From assembly GCA_000165425.1 (NCBI GenBank), contig CT868307.1:62001-126000 (forward strand): 64,000 bases of DNA. The letters are read 5' to 3'. The DNA is from Paramecium tetraurelia. Its lineage: Eukaryota. The notes under the pieces were generated by a model. The model saw only the letters and a list, made by a program, of their open reading frames with translations. It ran no database searches and was not told where the DNA came from. This document shows, in pieces, positions 1 through 12,227 of the stretch (position 1 is its first letter; each line of letters begins with the position of its first letter). The translations under genes and the position numbers were made by a program.

Positions 1-314
1 AAGCATGCAACTTAGGTGGCTCCTGTCAATTGACTACAGAAGGTGAAGGTCTTGCATGAACTTCCACCTTAGGGGTCTGTGGTCCACATACATTTCAAGT
101 TTGCAGCACATGCAGAAGCAACAGTTATCAAATTACATTCTTAAGTGGAACAGGAACTTCCATCCCATATGCATTACGGTCCCATTTTAGTACAATCACT
201 CTCGTATGACAGTTAATCACATGTGCATGAATTTGTTGTATAGAATTATCCGACACTTTATCCACTGCTTCCCAAACATCCCACAAAGAATAAGGCGAAG
301 ACGATTTTGATCAT
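1..314 (-). CDS. Cys-rich mini-antigen / surface-antigen-like protein, 5' part (continues beyond window start)
   Basis: Table 6: MIKIVFALFFVGCLGS (signal peptide) then CTCDQL..DC..QCIWDGSSCS..C..C..KCMW..CKTFTFCSQL. The periodic Cys and CxW motifs are typical of Paramecium surface-antigen repeats. Confidence 0.85.
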
Positions 315-503
315 TCGATTTAAATAAAATAATTTATGTTCTGCATTTAATCAGAGCTTCCCTTTAAACCCATAAAACTAGATAAGATACCTCAATTAAG
401 AATCTTTGGAATCATCTAATCTCGACTATCCCCATAAATCAATGAAACTGTTTGATTGTTGTCCATAATACTAAAAATGAATATAGATATATATATTTTT
501 ATA

Positions 504-2996
504 TCAATCGATTGAATATATTTTAATTAAACTGGAGTCTGTACTCAATTCTTGCAAGGCTTCTAATGCAGAAAAACTGATTAATTTGTCAGAAGGAGAT
601 TCATCTATCACATTATACAAAGTAGTTGCAATAAATGACATTTGCTAAAAGAATCCCTAGAATTCCTCATCCTTTGGAACACTCAAATATTGATTAATGA
701 TATATGAATGTTCCAATTACTACTTGAACGTCTTTTCATCATCTTTAAAATTTTATTATAATTGCAGCACTTCCTACTTACTCAAATCACTATTCGCTAT
801 TATTATTTGGGAATCCTTGGGTTTCCTATCCAACACTGCCGCATAGATTTCTGTTGCCACTCTCTCCAACACATTCTCCTCATGCAAAGTGTCATCCAAT
901 GCATGTATCAATTCCTCCAAACTCAATCTCTTGAAAAACCCCTCCAAAACAAATAGAACACTCTCTCTCATCCTTGTCTAATACTTCTTCTCTATGAAAT
1001 TGTCGTGATTCTTGAATTTCACCAGTATCCAAATTAAGGATCTCAAGTAATCCTTTGCATGTTCATTCTTCAGATATCTCACCAACTCCACACAATGCAT
1101 TTAAGCCTTTAAATTATCTAAGGATTATTCTATTCAAATACCTCCTTTAGTCAACACATCCAAAATACTCTATCTAATCTTTGCATTCTCCAATAACTCT
1201 TAGCAATTCCCCTACACTGCATTATGCAAACTTGTAGAAGCATTCCAACTAATCTTAGGATTCTTAGATGCCAAAGCATTTGCATAACAATTTATCAAAT
1301 CTTAATTTATTGTTGCCTACTGACATTTCATCAAATAATATCCCAATCCACGTAAACCATTTGTTGAAATCTTCTCCTTAGTATTCATTGCGAAATTCAA
1401 AAACAACTGATAAAACTCTTGATTCAAATTCACCAAACTGCTCAAATTAGCTGCTGCCCAACTACTTTTCTCCAAAACATGGACATTATTCCCCTGCAAT
1501 TTGTTAAACATCTAAGATAACTCTTGAACTGCCATTGGATTCTGCAAAACACTATTTGAACTGCATAAAGTCCCTATTGCCTTATAAAATGTGATTTTTA
1601 AACTCGACATGTTAAATGGAGTATCACTGAACAGTTATCCATGAATGTAACTAATTTGTTTGATCAGCTTCTCAATCACTTCTTAACTCTGCTTCTGCCA
1701 AAACTAATCCTGAAGATTACCTATGATGTTGAATCCTGCAGGAACCAATTCAACCGCATTTGACTATAAACATTCCAAAGCCACATCAATTAAGATCTCT
1801 TGATATCCTTGTTCAGCTACACAACTAATCTCCTCGAAGATCCTGTAATACTAAATGTTTGGCTGTTTGATTCTTTGCAATTCTTAACAATTTACTAATT
1901 CACAGAATTCCTTATGGAAATGCGACTAACACTTTTGCAATAACTAATAGCATTCTTAAATGAATAACTCATTATTATTATTGTTATTTTCATTCCTCTC
2001 CTTAATTCCTTACAGACATTGCTTAATCAAATACTTTACATCTATTGTCTTTATGCCCTCATAAACCAAAACATTCAAAATCTACATTGCAGATGTTTTC
2101 ACAGTTGCGTCATTGATCAACTACAATGAAATCTAATATAGGGGAATCCCACCCTCCTAATCCTACAATTTAGTAAGGATTCTGCATTCCTGCATCAGAT
2201 AAACCTCTAATTTGCATAATTGAATATTGAATTGACTATCATTCTATTTCCATCCAGAAAGTAAAGCAAGTGCTGTTTCATGAATCTATTTTACACCCTA
2301 GAATAACACATATGCCTTGGGCTAAAATCCATGTTGATGTTTAACTATCTCAATTCCTTGAATCCACTTAGAGACATTCAAGGTATCCAACAGTACTATT
2401 ATTAAATGAACCAAATTAATCTTTGTATTCTTTCTAGGTTCATGTTGCAGTAGTTGTAACAATTTCTACAAGAATAGTTACCAATTGCTTTAAAAATACA
2501 GTGGGAATTCCTTGATTAGAGTCTTTAACACAAGTATGCTGGTTGATCTTATTTTCGAATTAGCCTTTTGGGCTGCATCACTCTACCCTTCCGAATCACT
2601 AGAGAGGTCAGTTACGACATGTTCGGGTTGAAGATTGCCAAACTGAGGAATGCCTGTAAAGCAACATCGGAAGACTAATCTGATGAATTGATCTGGTGTA
2701 TCGATTTTGAATTCTTAAAGCAATGCTCCGATGGCTTTTAACAAAGTAATATTGATTGGTTAGGTTAGACACCTTTGGATTGCCACTTGTAAGGTTTACG
2801 AATTGAATTCCTTGGGTTGGAGCTGAATGAGTTTAGCCACCAATCTGATGGCTTAGTCAACAGTTTTGAGAATCTCAATCAAGACGGGTACCATATCGTG
2901 GGTCACTCTATTCTCCAGATGTTTGAGAGTATGCATCAATTACTCTTTATTTTCGAGTTGTTTCCTTAGTGATTATGCTGTGATATGTTAATGCAT
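504..2996 (-). CDS. HEAT/ARM-repeat protein, HEATR6 (DUF4042)-like
   Basis: Long helical ORF in table 6 starting MHQHITAQSLRKQ. Contains SSDSEGQSDAAQKANSKIRSTSILVL and KNPKISWNA, resembling the HEATR6 SSDSD..SD...KVR and KVRWNAC segments. TGA at 504-506. Internal introns not excluded. Confidence 0.65.
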
Positions 2997-3135
2997 TTGA
3001 TTATTTCTTTTATAATGTAATTATTTGAACAAGAAATGAAATTAGACCTTAATTTTAGTTCGCTTTTTATGAAGTATTCGAGATTGATCCCATACATAAG
3101 CTTGATCAAATTGTCCATCGAATTCATTATTAAAA

Positions 3136-4395
3136 ATGGTACTCTCAAATGACGAGACATTTGAACTAACTTTTGTCGATCCTTTTAGGTAATGCAAAGG
3201 AAAACCTTTGGAATACAAGCACATCATGACACCTGAAGGGATCTGTGTCATAGGTGAGGTGGATCAACATTTCATACTCAACGTAGAGTGCAAGGACAAG
3301 GGAGTCTATGGCATCAGGGTAATAGTGGATGGCTTCACTCTCCCAGGGAAGAAGACTTTCAAGAGCAAGTGCAAAGTGCAAGGCTTCACCAATTCCGATG
3401 GCAATATTAACTGCTTCAAATTCTAAAGGCCAAAATCAGACCCAGAATCAACCAATGTGTTCAAGAGGAATGTGTACAGACCACCTTGGGATATGAGTTA
3501 GAATGACTATCGTGACTATCCTGGAGGTGCAGGTGAAATAATAGTCAAGATCTACGAAACCAAACAGGAGGAGAACACACAAGGAGGTGGTGGTGGAGGA
3601 GGACCAAGAGGAGGAGGTGCAAAGAAGTCACAGGATCCCATGTTTGTTGAAGTGACTAAGAATGATAGCAAATCAGCTGAGGATCAATGTTTAGGCATTT
3701 CTTAAGGCAATGTCATTGAGTTGCCCCCTAGACAGGCATTTGATGATTCCAGACCACCAAAACCATTCAAAGATGTCATTGTCTATGAGCACATTGTTTA
3801 ATCCTTCAGAATCATTTATTTTGATGCTGCAAGTCTGGTTGAGAAGGGATTTGTTAAATTGAATTGTCATAATCACATTGCTTATTTGACGGAGGAATTC
3901 TTCCAAGGAAACGAGGCTGCTTTGATCCAGGTCTTGCAGACTCTTATTGAGAGTGGATAGAAGGATAAGGAAGAGTCGGATATTCAGCAGACGGCGAATG
4001 TGTTGGTTGAAAGATTGGATTACTATTTCTCTGGAGAACTATTGAATATATTTTTGAATAAGGAGAATCAAGAGTAATTGCAATTGGATCCTGGTTCAAG
4101 GGCCTAGTATTTGGAAAGTGAACTCATCAAATTAATGGAGTCTTGGCCTGATTTCTTTTTGAATTTGGGAATGGGAGCCTTTGGAATAAAAAACAAATAT
4201 GATTAGAAACTATACATTGAGAAGATTCAAGAGAAAGGGTTTGGGTTTGGGTTTGGGGTTTGGGTTTGGGGTTGGGGTTGGGTAATGATATAGGTTTGGG
4301 ATTACGAATCTAATAACATCCTCTATCTACGCATTAGATTTCATACAATTATCTACTATTCAATGTTCATGTGCATAAATGATAACTAAAGATGA
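3136..4395 (+). CDS. Uncharacterised protein (beta-rich N-domain, Gly-rich linker), apparently truncated at 4236 by telomeric repeats; frame stays open to TGA at 4393-4395
   Basis: MVLSNDETFELTF..GIRVIVDGFTLPG..GF..CFKF..GEIIVKIYET..GGGGGGGPRGGG..KIQEK, then GFGFGFGVWVWGWGW encoded by the telomeric tract. No TGA before 4393. Confidence 0.75.
4237..4283 (+). repeat. Internal telomeric repeat tract (mixed TTTGGG/TTGGGG, Paramecium type)
   Basis: GGGTTTGGGTTTGGGTTTGGGGTTTGGGTTTGGGGTTGGGGTTGGGT, G-rich strand on +. A further GGTTTGGG lies at 4293-4300. Confidence 0.92.
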
Positions 4396-5251
4396 TTGCT
4401 TAAGATTCAATTGCAAAATAGCACCCTACACATTATCCTCATAGAAAATCAATCTTGATAAAGCTTCTCTAAAAAATAAGACTGCACTATCATTGGCAGT
4501 CCCAAAATTTAAGTGTTCAGCATTATTTTGTACCGACATCAAGACCCAAGAACTTTGTGATAACACAGGCGAATGTGTCTGGAATAATAATGGCGCATGT
4601 GAACTATTTTCTGGATGTGGATCCTATTAAGTTGATAAAAAAGAAGATTGCTTGTTAAAGAGCACATAAACTAAGTTCTGCACATACGATGAGGAATAGC
4701 AGAGTAATGGGAAATACAATTGCATCAATGATCTATCAAAATCAGGGGGTAGTTTTATGACTTGCTTCACATTAAATGATGAGAGTCTGTGCAATCAATA
4801 CGAATATGCTGTATGCACTTGGAGATCTTTTTAGCAATGCTAGGATGAATCTGATGAAGTTAATTTGTGTTAGTAATATCAATATTGTATTGGAGAGGAG
4901 AGTAAGGATTGTGCAGATCTCTCAGGATTTGAAGATAAGTGTGATAAAAGAGCAAATTATTGCAAATGGGTTAAGGATAATAGTACGTGCATGGAGAAGG
5001 AATGTTCTGATTATACATCAGAAGCTGATTGCAAGAGTATTTTAACAGATGATTTAAAACGGGCAAAGCCTTGTACATGGGAAACAGAATAGTGTATATA
5101 GGGGTTCAATTTAACTAAATTAAATAAGTACAATTGTCTGATTGATTCCTTGAATACTTCGATGTGGAATGAGGTTGAATAGAGATGCCAGAGTTGTAAA
5201 TTTGAAAAACTATTGAATTTTATTATTTTTGTAATGTTATTATTATAATGA
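4310..5251 (+). CDS. Cys-rich GPI-type mini-antigen with damaged or absent start
   Basis: Open frame LITSSIYALDFIQLSTIQCSCAQM..ECVWNNNGACELFSGC..CTW..CKW..CTW..CQSCKFEKLLNFIIFVMLLLQ* with a hydrophobic C-tail. The nearest ATG (4285) is out of frame and there is an in-frame TGA at 4286-4288. Confidence 0.8.
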
Positions 5252-5517
5252 ATTAATCATATGATTTATTATAATTAGCAAAATAAAGAATCCATGAAAA
5301 AAAAGTGCAGAAAACTTAAGACATATTTTGCACCCAAATTAAGTAGAAAAAACAAATCATAACAGATGAAGAAGTTGAGATTGATCCAATTTCATACGAA
5401 GACTTTGATGATCTCAAATAATTGCGTAGGATGATCAGACAAACTGACCACTCAATTAATTAATACGGAAAGGAAGTTAAATAGCTTTAAGATAACATTA
5501 AAAGGTTAACTAAATGA
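5248..5517 (+). CDS. Hypothetical 89-aa coiled-coil protein
   Basis: MNQSYDLLQLAKQRIHEKK..DPISYEDFDDLKQLRRMIRQTDHSINQYGKEVKQLQDNIKRLTK*. Its ATG overlaps the upstream TGA (ATGA). Confidence 0.55.
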
Positions 5518-5593
5518 TAGCACTTATCAAATTCAATATATTTATTTAAATTATTATCTATCTCGTTTAGATAATTTACAATAATTCTATGTG

Positions 5594-5921
5594 ATGAGAG
5601 TTGATTTCAGCATAATCATATCAACTCTTCATTCATAATTCAATAAATTAGAATTTAGCCATCAAATCCTGCACAATACAGCTTCTATATAACACATATT
5701 TCTGAGTTAAATTGTTAAAATTAATTATAAAATTTCTTCAGAAACTGATTTTTAGATTGAAATTAAAATTATAGTCCCTTTTGCATTAAATAAATGGATA
5801 AATGAAGTGCTACAAAATAGATTTGCATTTTTTGAGTGATTATAAGCAGTTCTATTTTAGTAGCAAAGCAAATCTGTATAAATTGGATTAGTAAGACAAC
5901 GGTTTTTTCTCTGTAATGTGA
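5594..5921 (+). CDS. Hypothetical protein (needs one 25-nt intron)
   Basis: MRVDFSIIISTLHSQF.. stays open only if GTGATT..TTTTAG (5836-5860) is spliced. No recognisable motif. Confidence 0.3.
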
Positions 5922-6034
5922 TTATAAAATTAATTAAAAGGGACAGACAACATAATTTCTGTTTCATTGTTTGGTGAAATGGATATGTTATTAATATATA
6001 TACAGTTTCAAGAAGATTTAAAAATATTAATTCA

Positions 6035-6421
6035 ATGGGATCCATTTGTGTAGCGAGACACCAAAATTTGGCTTCTATCACTTAGAGTGACGTAGAAGTT
6101 GCTGAAGAATAAGCCATTAATGATCAGGTCAGCACTATTTCCTGCAATTTTATTTCAACTTTGGAACTTCAGTTTAAAAGCACAGCTTCATAAAATCAGA
6201 TTGAACATCAACAAACCCAAAGAATTTCTTTGGAGTTATCGTAGATTGGTCAATAGATTGAGAGGAAAGGAATTCTTAAGAACACTAATCCTCATTATGA
6301 AGAAGAATTAAGAATACTTTCATAGACAATTAAAATTAATCAAGAAGAAATGCATTATGAGAAACTAGTGAACTACTTAAGGGCTCGTAAAATTTAAGGG
6401 TCATACAAAATAAATTTATGA
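6035..6421 (+). CDS. Small putatively N-acylated protein (128 aa)
   Basis: MGSICV.. (Gly2 myristoylation plus Cys), KGILKN motif, TGA at 6419-6421. Confidence 0.65.
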
Positions 6422-6468
6422 ATTAATTCTTACTATAATATATATATTTATATATTGCATTCATTTAA

Positions 6469-6946
<478 letters not shown>

Positions 6947-6975
6947 TTAATTTATATATTTTATATATATATAAA

Positions 6976-7801
6976 TCACATCAATCTATGTCTAATAAGA
7001 ATGTTTTCTATATTCTCAGTACTACACATTAAATTAATACTTTGTTTGTAATATTGGCAAACAATTGCCTCACTTACATCTGGTGTCTCCTTGTAGAAAA
7101 GGACAAAACATCCCTAAATCAACTGCTCGAATTGTTTCTTCAACTCTTCATGAGTAAAATCGACCATTCTAATATTTCGTTTTTGCAAGATCTCCATAAA
7201 TTACTCCTTATTGCATTCAACAACTCGTTTAGTCAGATATTTATAAATGTATGGCAGTCCTTCTTGAGTGATTTTAAAGGGAGTTACCTAGCCACCAAAG
7301 CTTTCCTTGCCCCTCTCAAATAGTTTCTAGCCAATGTTAATAAGTTTAAGGTTCTCTAGTTTAATACAAATATTATTTACAATTTTTGGGATCAAACAAT
7401 ATATTTTTTACATCCTCACTAACATATCTAAATTTCTTGTTGACTTACATGATGATGTCAAGCGATTATCCAGTACCTAGGACTTATCCTTAAGGAAATC
7501 CACTGATACCATAATAATCACAAATGACTTTCCAATCATAGTCATTGATCGGAGTATAAGGTTCGAGTAATGCAGCTTTATCTTTCTCATTTTATTATTT
7601 GCCATCCTATTCATTGCTTTACTTTAAGATGTCCTTAAGATGATCTTAATTGACATCAATATCTTAAATAAATTATTCTTATTAAACATCTTCTGATTAG
7701 ATAACTTCTTATTAAGCTGATTATTAAACTTATTCAGGCTATTATTATTAATTAGGTTATTCTGGTTTATCAGTAATTTATTCAACTTCAATTTATTATT
7801 A

Positions 7802-7900
<99 letters not shown>

Positions 7901-9360
7901 TGGTTACTCTTAAGATATTATTGATTCTTAATAAATTGGCTTTTTCCAAATTACTGCTTACTTTTTCTTAAATAATGCCAAATAGAAACCACCAGTGTCT
8001 TAATCATGTGGTAGTACTCTCAATGTCTTCTCTATACCAATTTTATTCATAAACTCTTCAGTATCTGGCCATAAAGAAGGCTTTAATGTCTTTAAAGCAT
8101 TAATCATTTATCCTTCCTATTTTCTAGAAAACTTAGAAAACAACTTTTTAATATTCAATTTTTGATTAACATTATTAACTTCATAGACTAAATCATCTTC
8201 AGTGACACTTTCAAGGAAAGTCTTTTCATCTTAGTCTGGGTTTGATTCTCTTTGAAGATACTTTTAGGTTAGAAAGTCATCAGTAACGATAACCTTCCAA
8301 TCCTTGACTCCTTTTCTAGTTTTGAATCCTTAGAGTGTATGTAAATCAACTAATTCAAAAGCATCAAAGCCAGCCCTTCTAAAGACTTCAGCCACTACAG
8401 CCTCATCCTCAATTGGATTGAGTGAACATGTGCTATACATAACATATCCTCCAATTTTGCATAATTGAAGTGATCTCATCAAAATACTCAATTGCAAAGG
8501 ATGAATGACATTGCCATCTCTTGCTGACCATTTGACCCATCTTGTAGGTAACTTACGAGCAGCTCCATCCCCAGTGCATGGAACATCACATAACACTTTA
8601 TCAAATTGTAATCTCTATCCATTGATATATAAGGTAGGATAGAATTAAGCTGCATAATTGGTGACCATAACCTATGCGGTTGGCATACGAGATAGTTGAT
8701 GCGATAACATATATGCTCTTTTGGCATCTACATCATTTGCAACAATCAATCCTTTAGTTACTACCTCCAACAATTGACAAGTTTTTGATCCTGGAGCTGC
8801 ACACATATCCAGAACATAATCAGTTGGTTGAGGATCCAATAACAACGGAGGAAGCATTGACACAAGTTCTTATCTAGTCAAAAGACCAGTCGAATTGCAT
8901 TTTTATATGAATTGGTGTAGTTTAGTGAGGGCAGCTGATTTTCTAAGACTTTTCTTAGGCACCTTAGATTCCCATACCAAATGATTTGGATACCATTTAA
9001 TTTCTCTAATTGGCTCTACTATTTCTTCTTCATTGACCATGTCTTTTATCAAGGATCCATCTTGTAATCTTTCAATCAAACTCTCGTATTTGTATTAGGA
9101 TGGATTAATTCTGAAAGTGACAGGCAATGGAAGAGATAAAGATTACCAGAAGATCTGAAACTCTTCAGAAGTTATTTCTGGTAATTGGATCTAAAATATG
9201 GGTAATGATGATATCATACTTCATAGAAACGACGAAAGATGGGATTCTCAAATTAGACGACACAAATTTATTGATTGTCTTGATCCCAGTGATTTGTCTT
9301 AACTTTCTTCTGAGGAGCATTTTCATATTTGCTTTAATTCTTGTTTCTATGTTTTCCCAT
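6976..9360 (-). CDS. NSUN2: tRNA m5C methyltransferase NSUN2/Trm4
   Basis: [80 protein letters not shown]. Small intron near 9195-9222. Confidence 0.93.
7793..7897 (-). repeat. Coding (TAA)n microsatellite encoding Gln35 in NSUN2
   Basis: (TAA)31 CAA (TAA)3 in frame after ..SIISQEQPI. Confidence 0.9.
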
Positions 9361-9470
9361 ATATTAAAAGATAAATTAAATTAAAAGAAATTCATTATGA
9401 AAGAATATTTGACTATTTATTGTTATGAAAGAATTGATAAAATATGTTGAATTGTAATTAAGTAAGATTT

Positions 9471-10982
9471 TCAAACTTCTAGCTCATTTTTACAAATTGG
9501 GCAATGTCTGCTCTTCTTGAGCCATTTGTCTATGCATTCGTCATGAAAATAATGTACTATACAGGTATAGGAATATATTATATACAGCATGGAATAGTCT
9601 TAACTTGATCTTCCTCTTCGTATTCACAAAGACATATTAGACATTTCATGTGGTCCTCATCCAATTGTTTAATTTACTCTAAATTGATCCTCCTTACTGG
9701 CAATTACTATATCTCATGATCCTCACATCCCAGGTGACCCTCAACAGTGCCATTTTCATTTAACTATATGAAAGTATTCAACAATCTGTGCAAGGATTCA
9801 ATCTAGTCCTATCTTGTGTTATTTCCATTATTAGTAGATCTGTTTATAATATTATAACTTTGATTTGATTGCAGTTGCTATAGATTCATTCGCTAATCAA
9901 CTTAATCTGTGATTTGAATGTGTGTTTAATTTGGAATGACAAAGCCATAATCCTCATCTAAACACACTTCAAAAATGAAATCTCCAATCCTCAAAATCTA
10001 GCCTTTCTCCAAATATCTAGTCAATCCTGAAAAGTACGGATGGATGACTTGGTTAAGTACTTACTGAATTGCTTGATTTCTATTGCTACGAGTGAATTCT
10101 ATGGGTTGCTTCAAAATGATGAATTAGACTGAAGACAACCTGGGAACATTCGAAATGCATTCCATTTTTGTGTATAAGTGCAATCTCCCAGATTACTCAG
10201 TGCATTGCAATATAAAATATTCTTGATTGTTGATTTTTATATACGAATCTAATAATAGTCCCACAAAGTCATACCCTAAATGAGCTGATTTTCTTTCGGA
10301 TGAGAAAAGAAATAATGGAAAAGTTCATCTTAACAGTTTTTTCTTTGGGTGTACACCTTCAATCTGTACAGGATTCTGTCTGTATATGATTCATAACAGT
10401 AGATCTTTGTGCCAGTACCCACAATACCTTGGAGTTGGGAACCACATCCAACCACTCGGAATTCAAACTAGTCGATATTGAAGCAAGCCCCTGATGTAAT
10501 TACTCTCTCTCTCGTCTGGAAGAAGGGCAATATAATTTGGGTCATCAAATGTCCATATGAGATGTGATTAATGCAAGTCCTATTGTGATTAATGGAAATA
10601 CTGATTAACACGCAGCACAACCTAATCTAGATATTACATTGGGAAACTATATGAGCAGCATTGAACCTCCTGACTCTGATTCAAGAGAGTGATCACTCCA
10701 TCCTTTATGACATAGGGAATTTGGCATTCTTCACATTTGTTAGTTCTGCCCAATCCATCGTCGAAGAGTAAAAACTCGCACCTTAAACAACTTACTCTTG
10801 AAGCTTTGTAGTCGGGCTTTTTGAGAATTGATGATGGAAAAGTTGAGCAGCCTAATCATGCATATTTAAACATTACTCTAGGTCAAATATTTGGTCAATT
10901 CATCTTCAGGTTTATTCGGTTGCTTCATTTGTAAGGAAGATTGATTCCCCTATTAATTTGGGTGTTTGGAACTATTTCCCAT
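9471..10982 (-). CDS. RING-H2 E3 ligase with N-myristoylation motif, CxxC-CxxC ribbon and three CDC48-N-subdomain-like repeats
   Basis: MGNSSK; CLRC..CEEC; three repeats (IILPFF..EFRVV..GIV; LFHYFF..; VIHPYF..FEV..GFV); C-terminal CLICLCEYEEEDQVKTIPCLHYFHDECIDKWLKKSRHCPICK. About four small introns. Confidence 0.85.
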
Positions 10983-11256
10983 TTAGGAATTAATAATATA
11001 TATATATTTGAATTAAAATCCGATCTTACTAGAGTGTGAGTAAGTTCCATTTCCTATAAAGAATGATTGTCCGACTTGAGATTGATGTTTTAGATGACTC
11101 AAAACCAGTTGTTAGGATTATATACATTAATTTATTATGTTTATTATTTTGAGTGTTCGATACTAAGTAATGTGAATAGAATTCTAAATTTATTGAGTTC
11201 TTAAGAATAAGCTATAAAAATTATTATGCTATTTTATAATAATTAAAATTTAGAGA

Positions 11257-12189
11257 ATGGCAAATTACATAATTAAATAGGTTTAATAATTTGAAAAAGA
11301 ACATAAAACATTGGTTCCTACTATATACCAAATTTTGAGTAGTTTTTTTTTCGCCCTTAACCACTTTAGTGTAAAATTGTTTGATGGCATACCCGTAACT
11401 CAAATAATTATATGGAGATGTTGCTTGACATTTGGAATTATCAGATTGCTCAGTCAAATATTGCCATTGCAATCCTACCCAAAAAACAAGAAGATAATGA
11501 GCAAACTCTTGATTAGAGGTGCGATAGGAATGTTCGGATTCCTGGCCTGCTTCTCCTCACTGAAATTGGTTGCCGTGTCAGAAGCAGTAGTACTGATGAA
11601 GACCAATCCCATTTGGACTACTCTCATTTTGGTGTACGTGCAAAGGAAGGAGAGGATCAACATTAGAACTTCATTGGAGATACTGACTTGTATTATCGGT
11701 GTAATTTTCATAACAAAGCCTCCCATAATATTTGGAAATGAGAATTCAGAATATTCGGTGTTATATTTAGTAGGTCTTTGTTTGGCACTTGTAACCGCAT
11801 TAGAAACAGCTGTGGCATAAGTGATTATTAAATCATTAAATAATCAAGTTCATTCATTCGTCATATTGCAATACTTTTCCTTATTCGCAATGGCAGGTGC
11901 AGTGCTCTTTCAATTGTATTCGCCTTTCGAGGATATGAGATTTCTCTCTTGGAAGGAAGCTGCAATACTCTTGTTCAGTGGCTTCTTGGGCTGTTTGGGA
12001 TCGATGTTCATGAATAGAGCAATGATGTTGGGGAAGGTCACGCAAATGGCTCTTATAGGAGAGACTCAGATAGTGTTCAATATTGTTTTGGATTTGTTGA
12101 TTTTGAAATAGATGATCGGGATGACCAGTTGGATCGGAATCGGGATGATAGCCACAAGTCTCACCTCAAATATAATGTAGAAGAACTGA
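11257..12189 (+). CDS. EamA/DMT (SLC35G-like) transporter, copy 1
   Basis: Multi-TM protein with LLIRGAIG..SEAVVLMKTNPIWT..GVIFITKPP. Joins ORF-track fragments 11311-11820 and 11821-12111 through TAA=Gln. Confidence 0.9.
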
Positions 12190-12227
12190 TTATTAAACAA
12201 ATTATTTATGTCTAATTAAATATAAAT

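Noticed and set aside
345..503. Open frame continuing past the HEATR6-like TGA, and an AAACCCATAAAA motif at 366-377 resembling a ciliate snRNA upstream element
   Set aside because: With TGA the only stop, ~50 open codons is common by chance. No recognisable snRNA follows the motif.
3583..3620. GGA/GGT repeat
   Set aside because: Ordinary Gly-rich coding linker, not telomeric.
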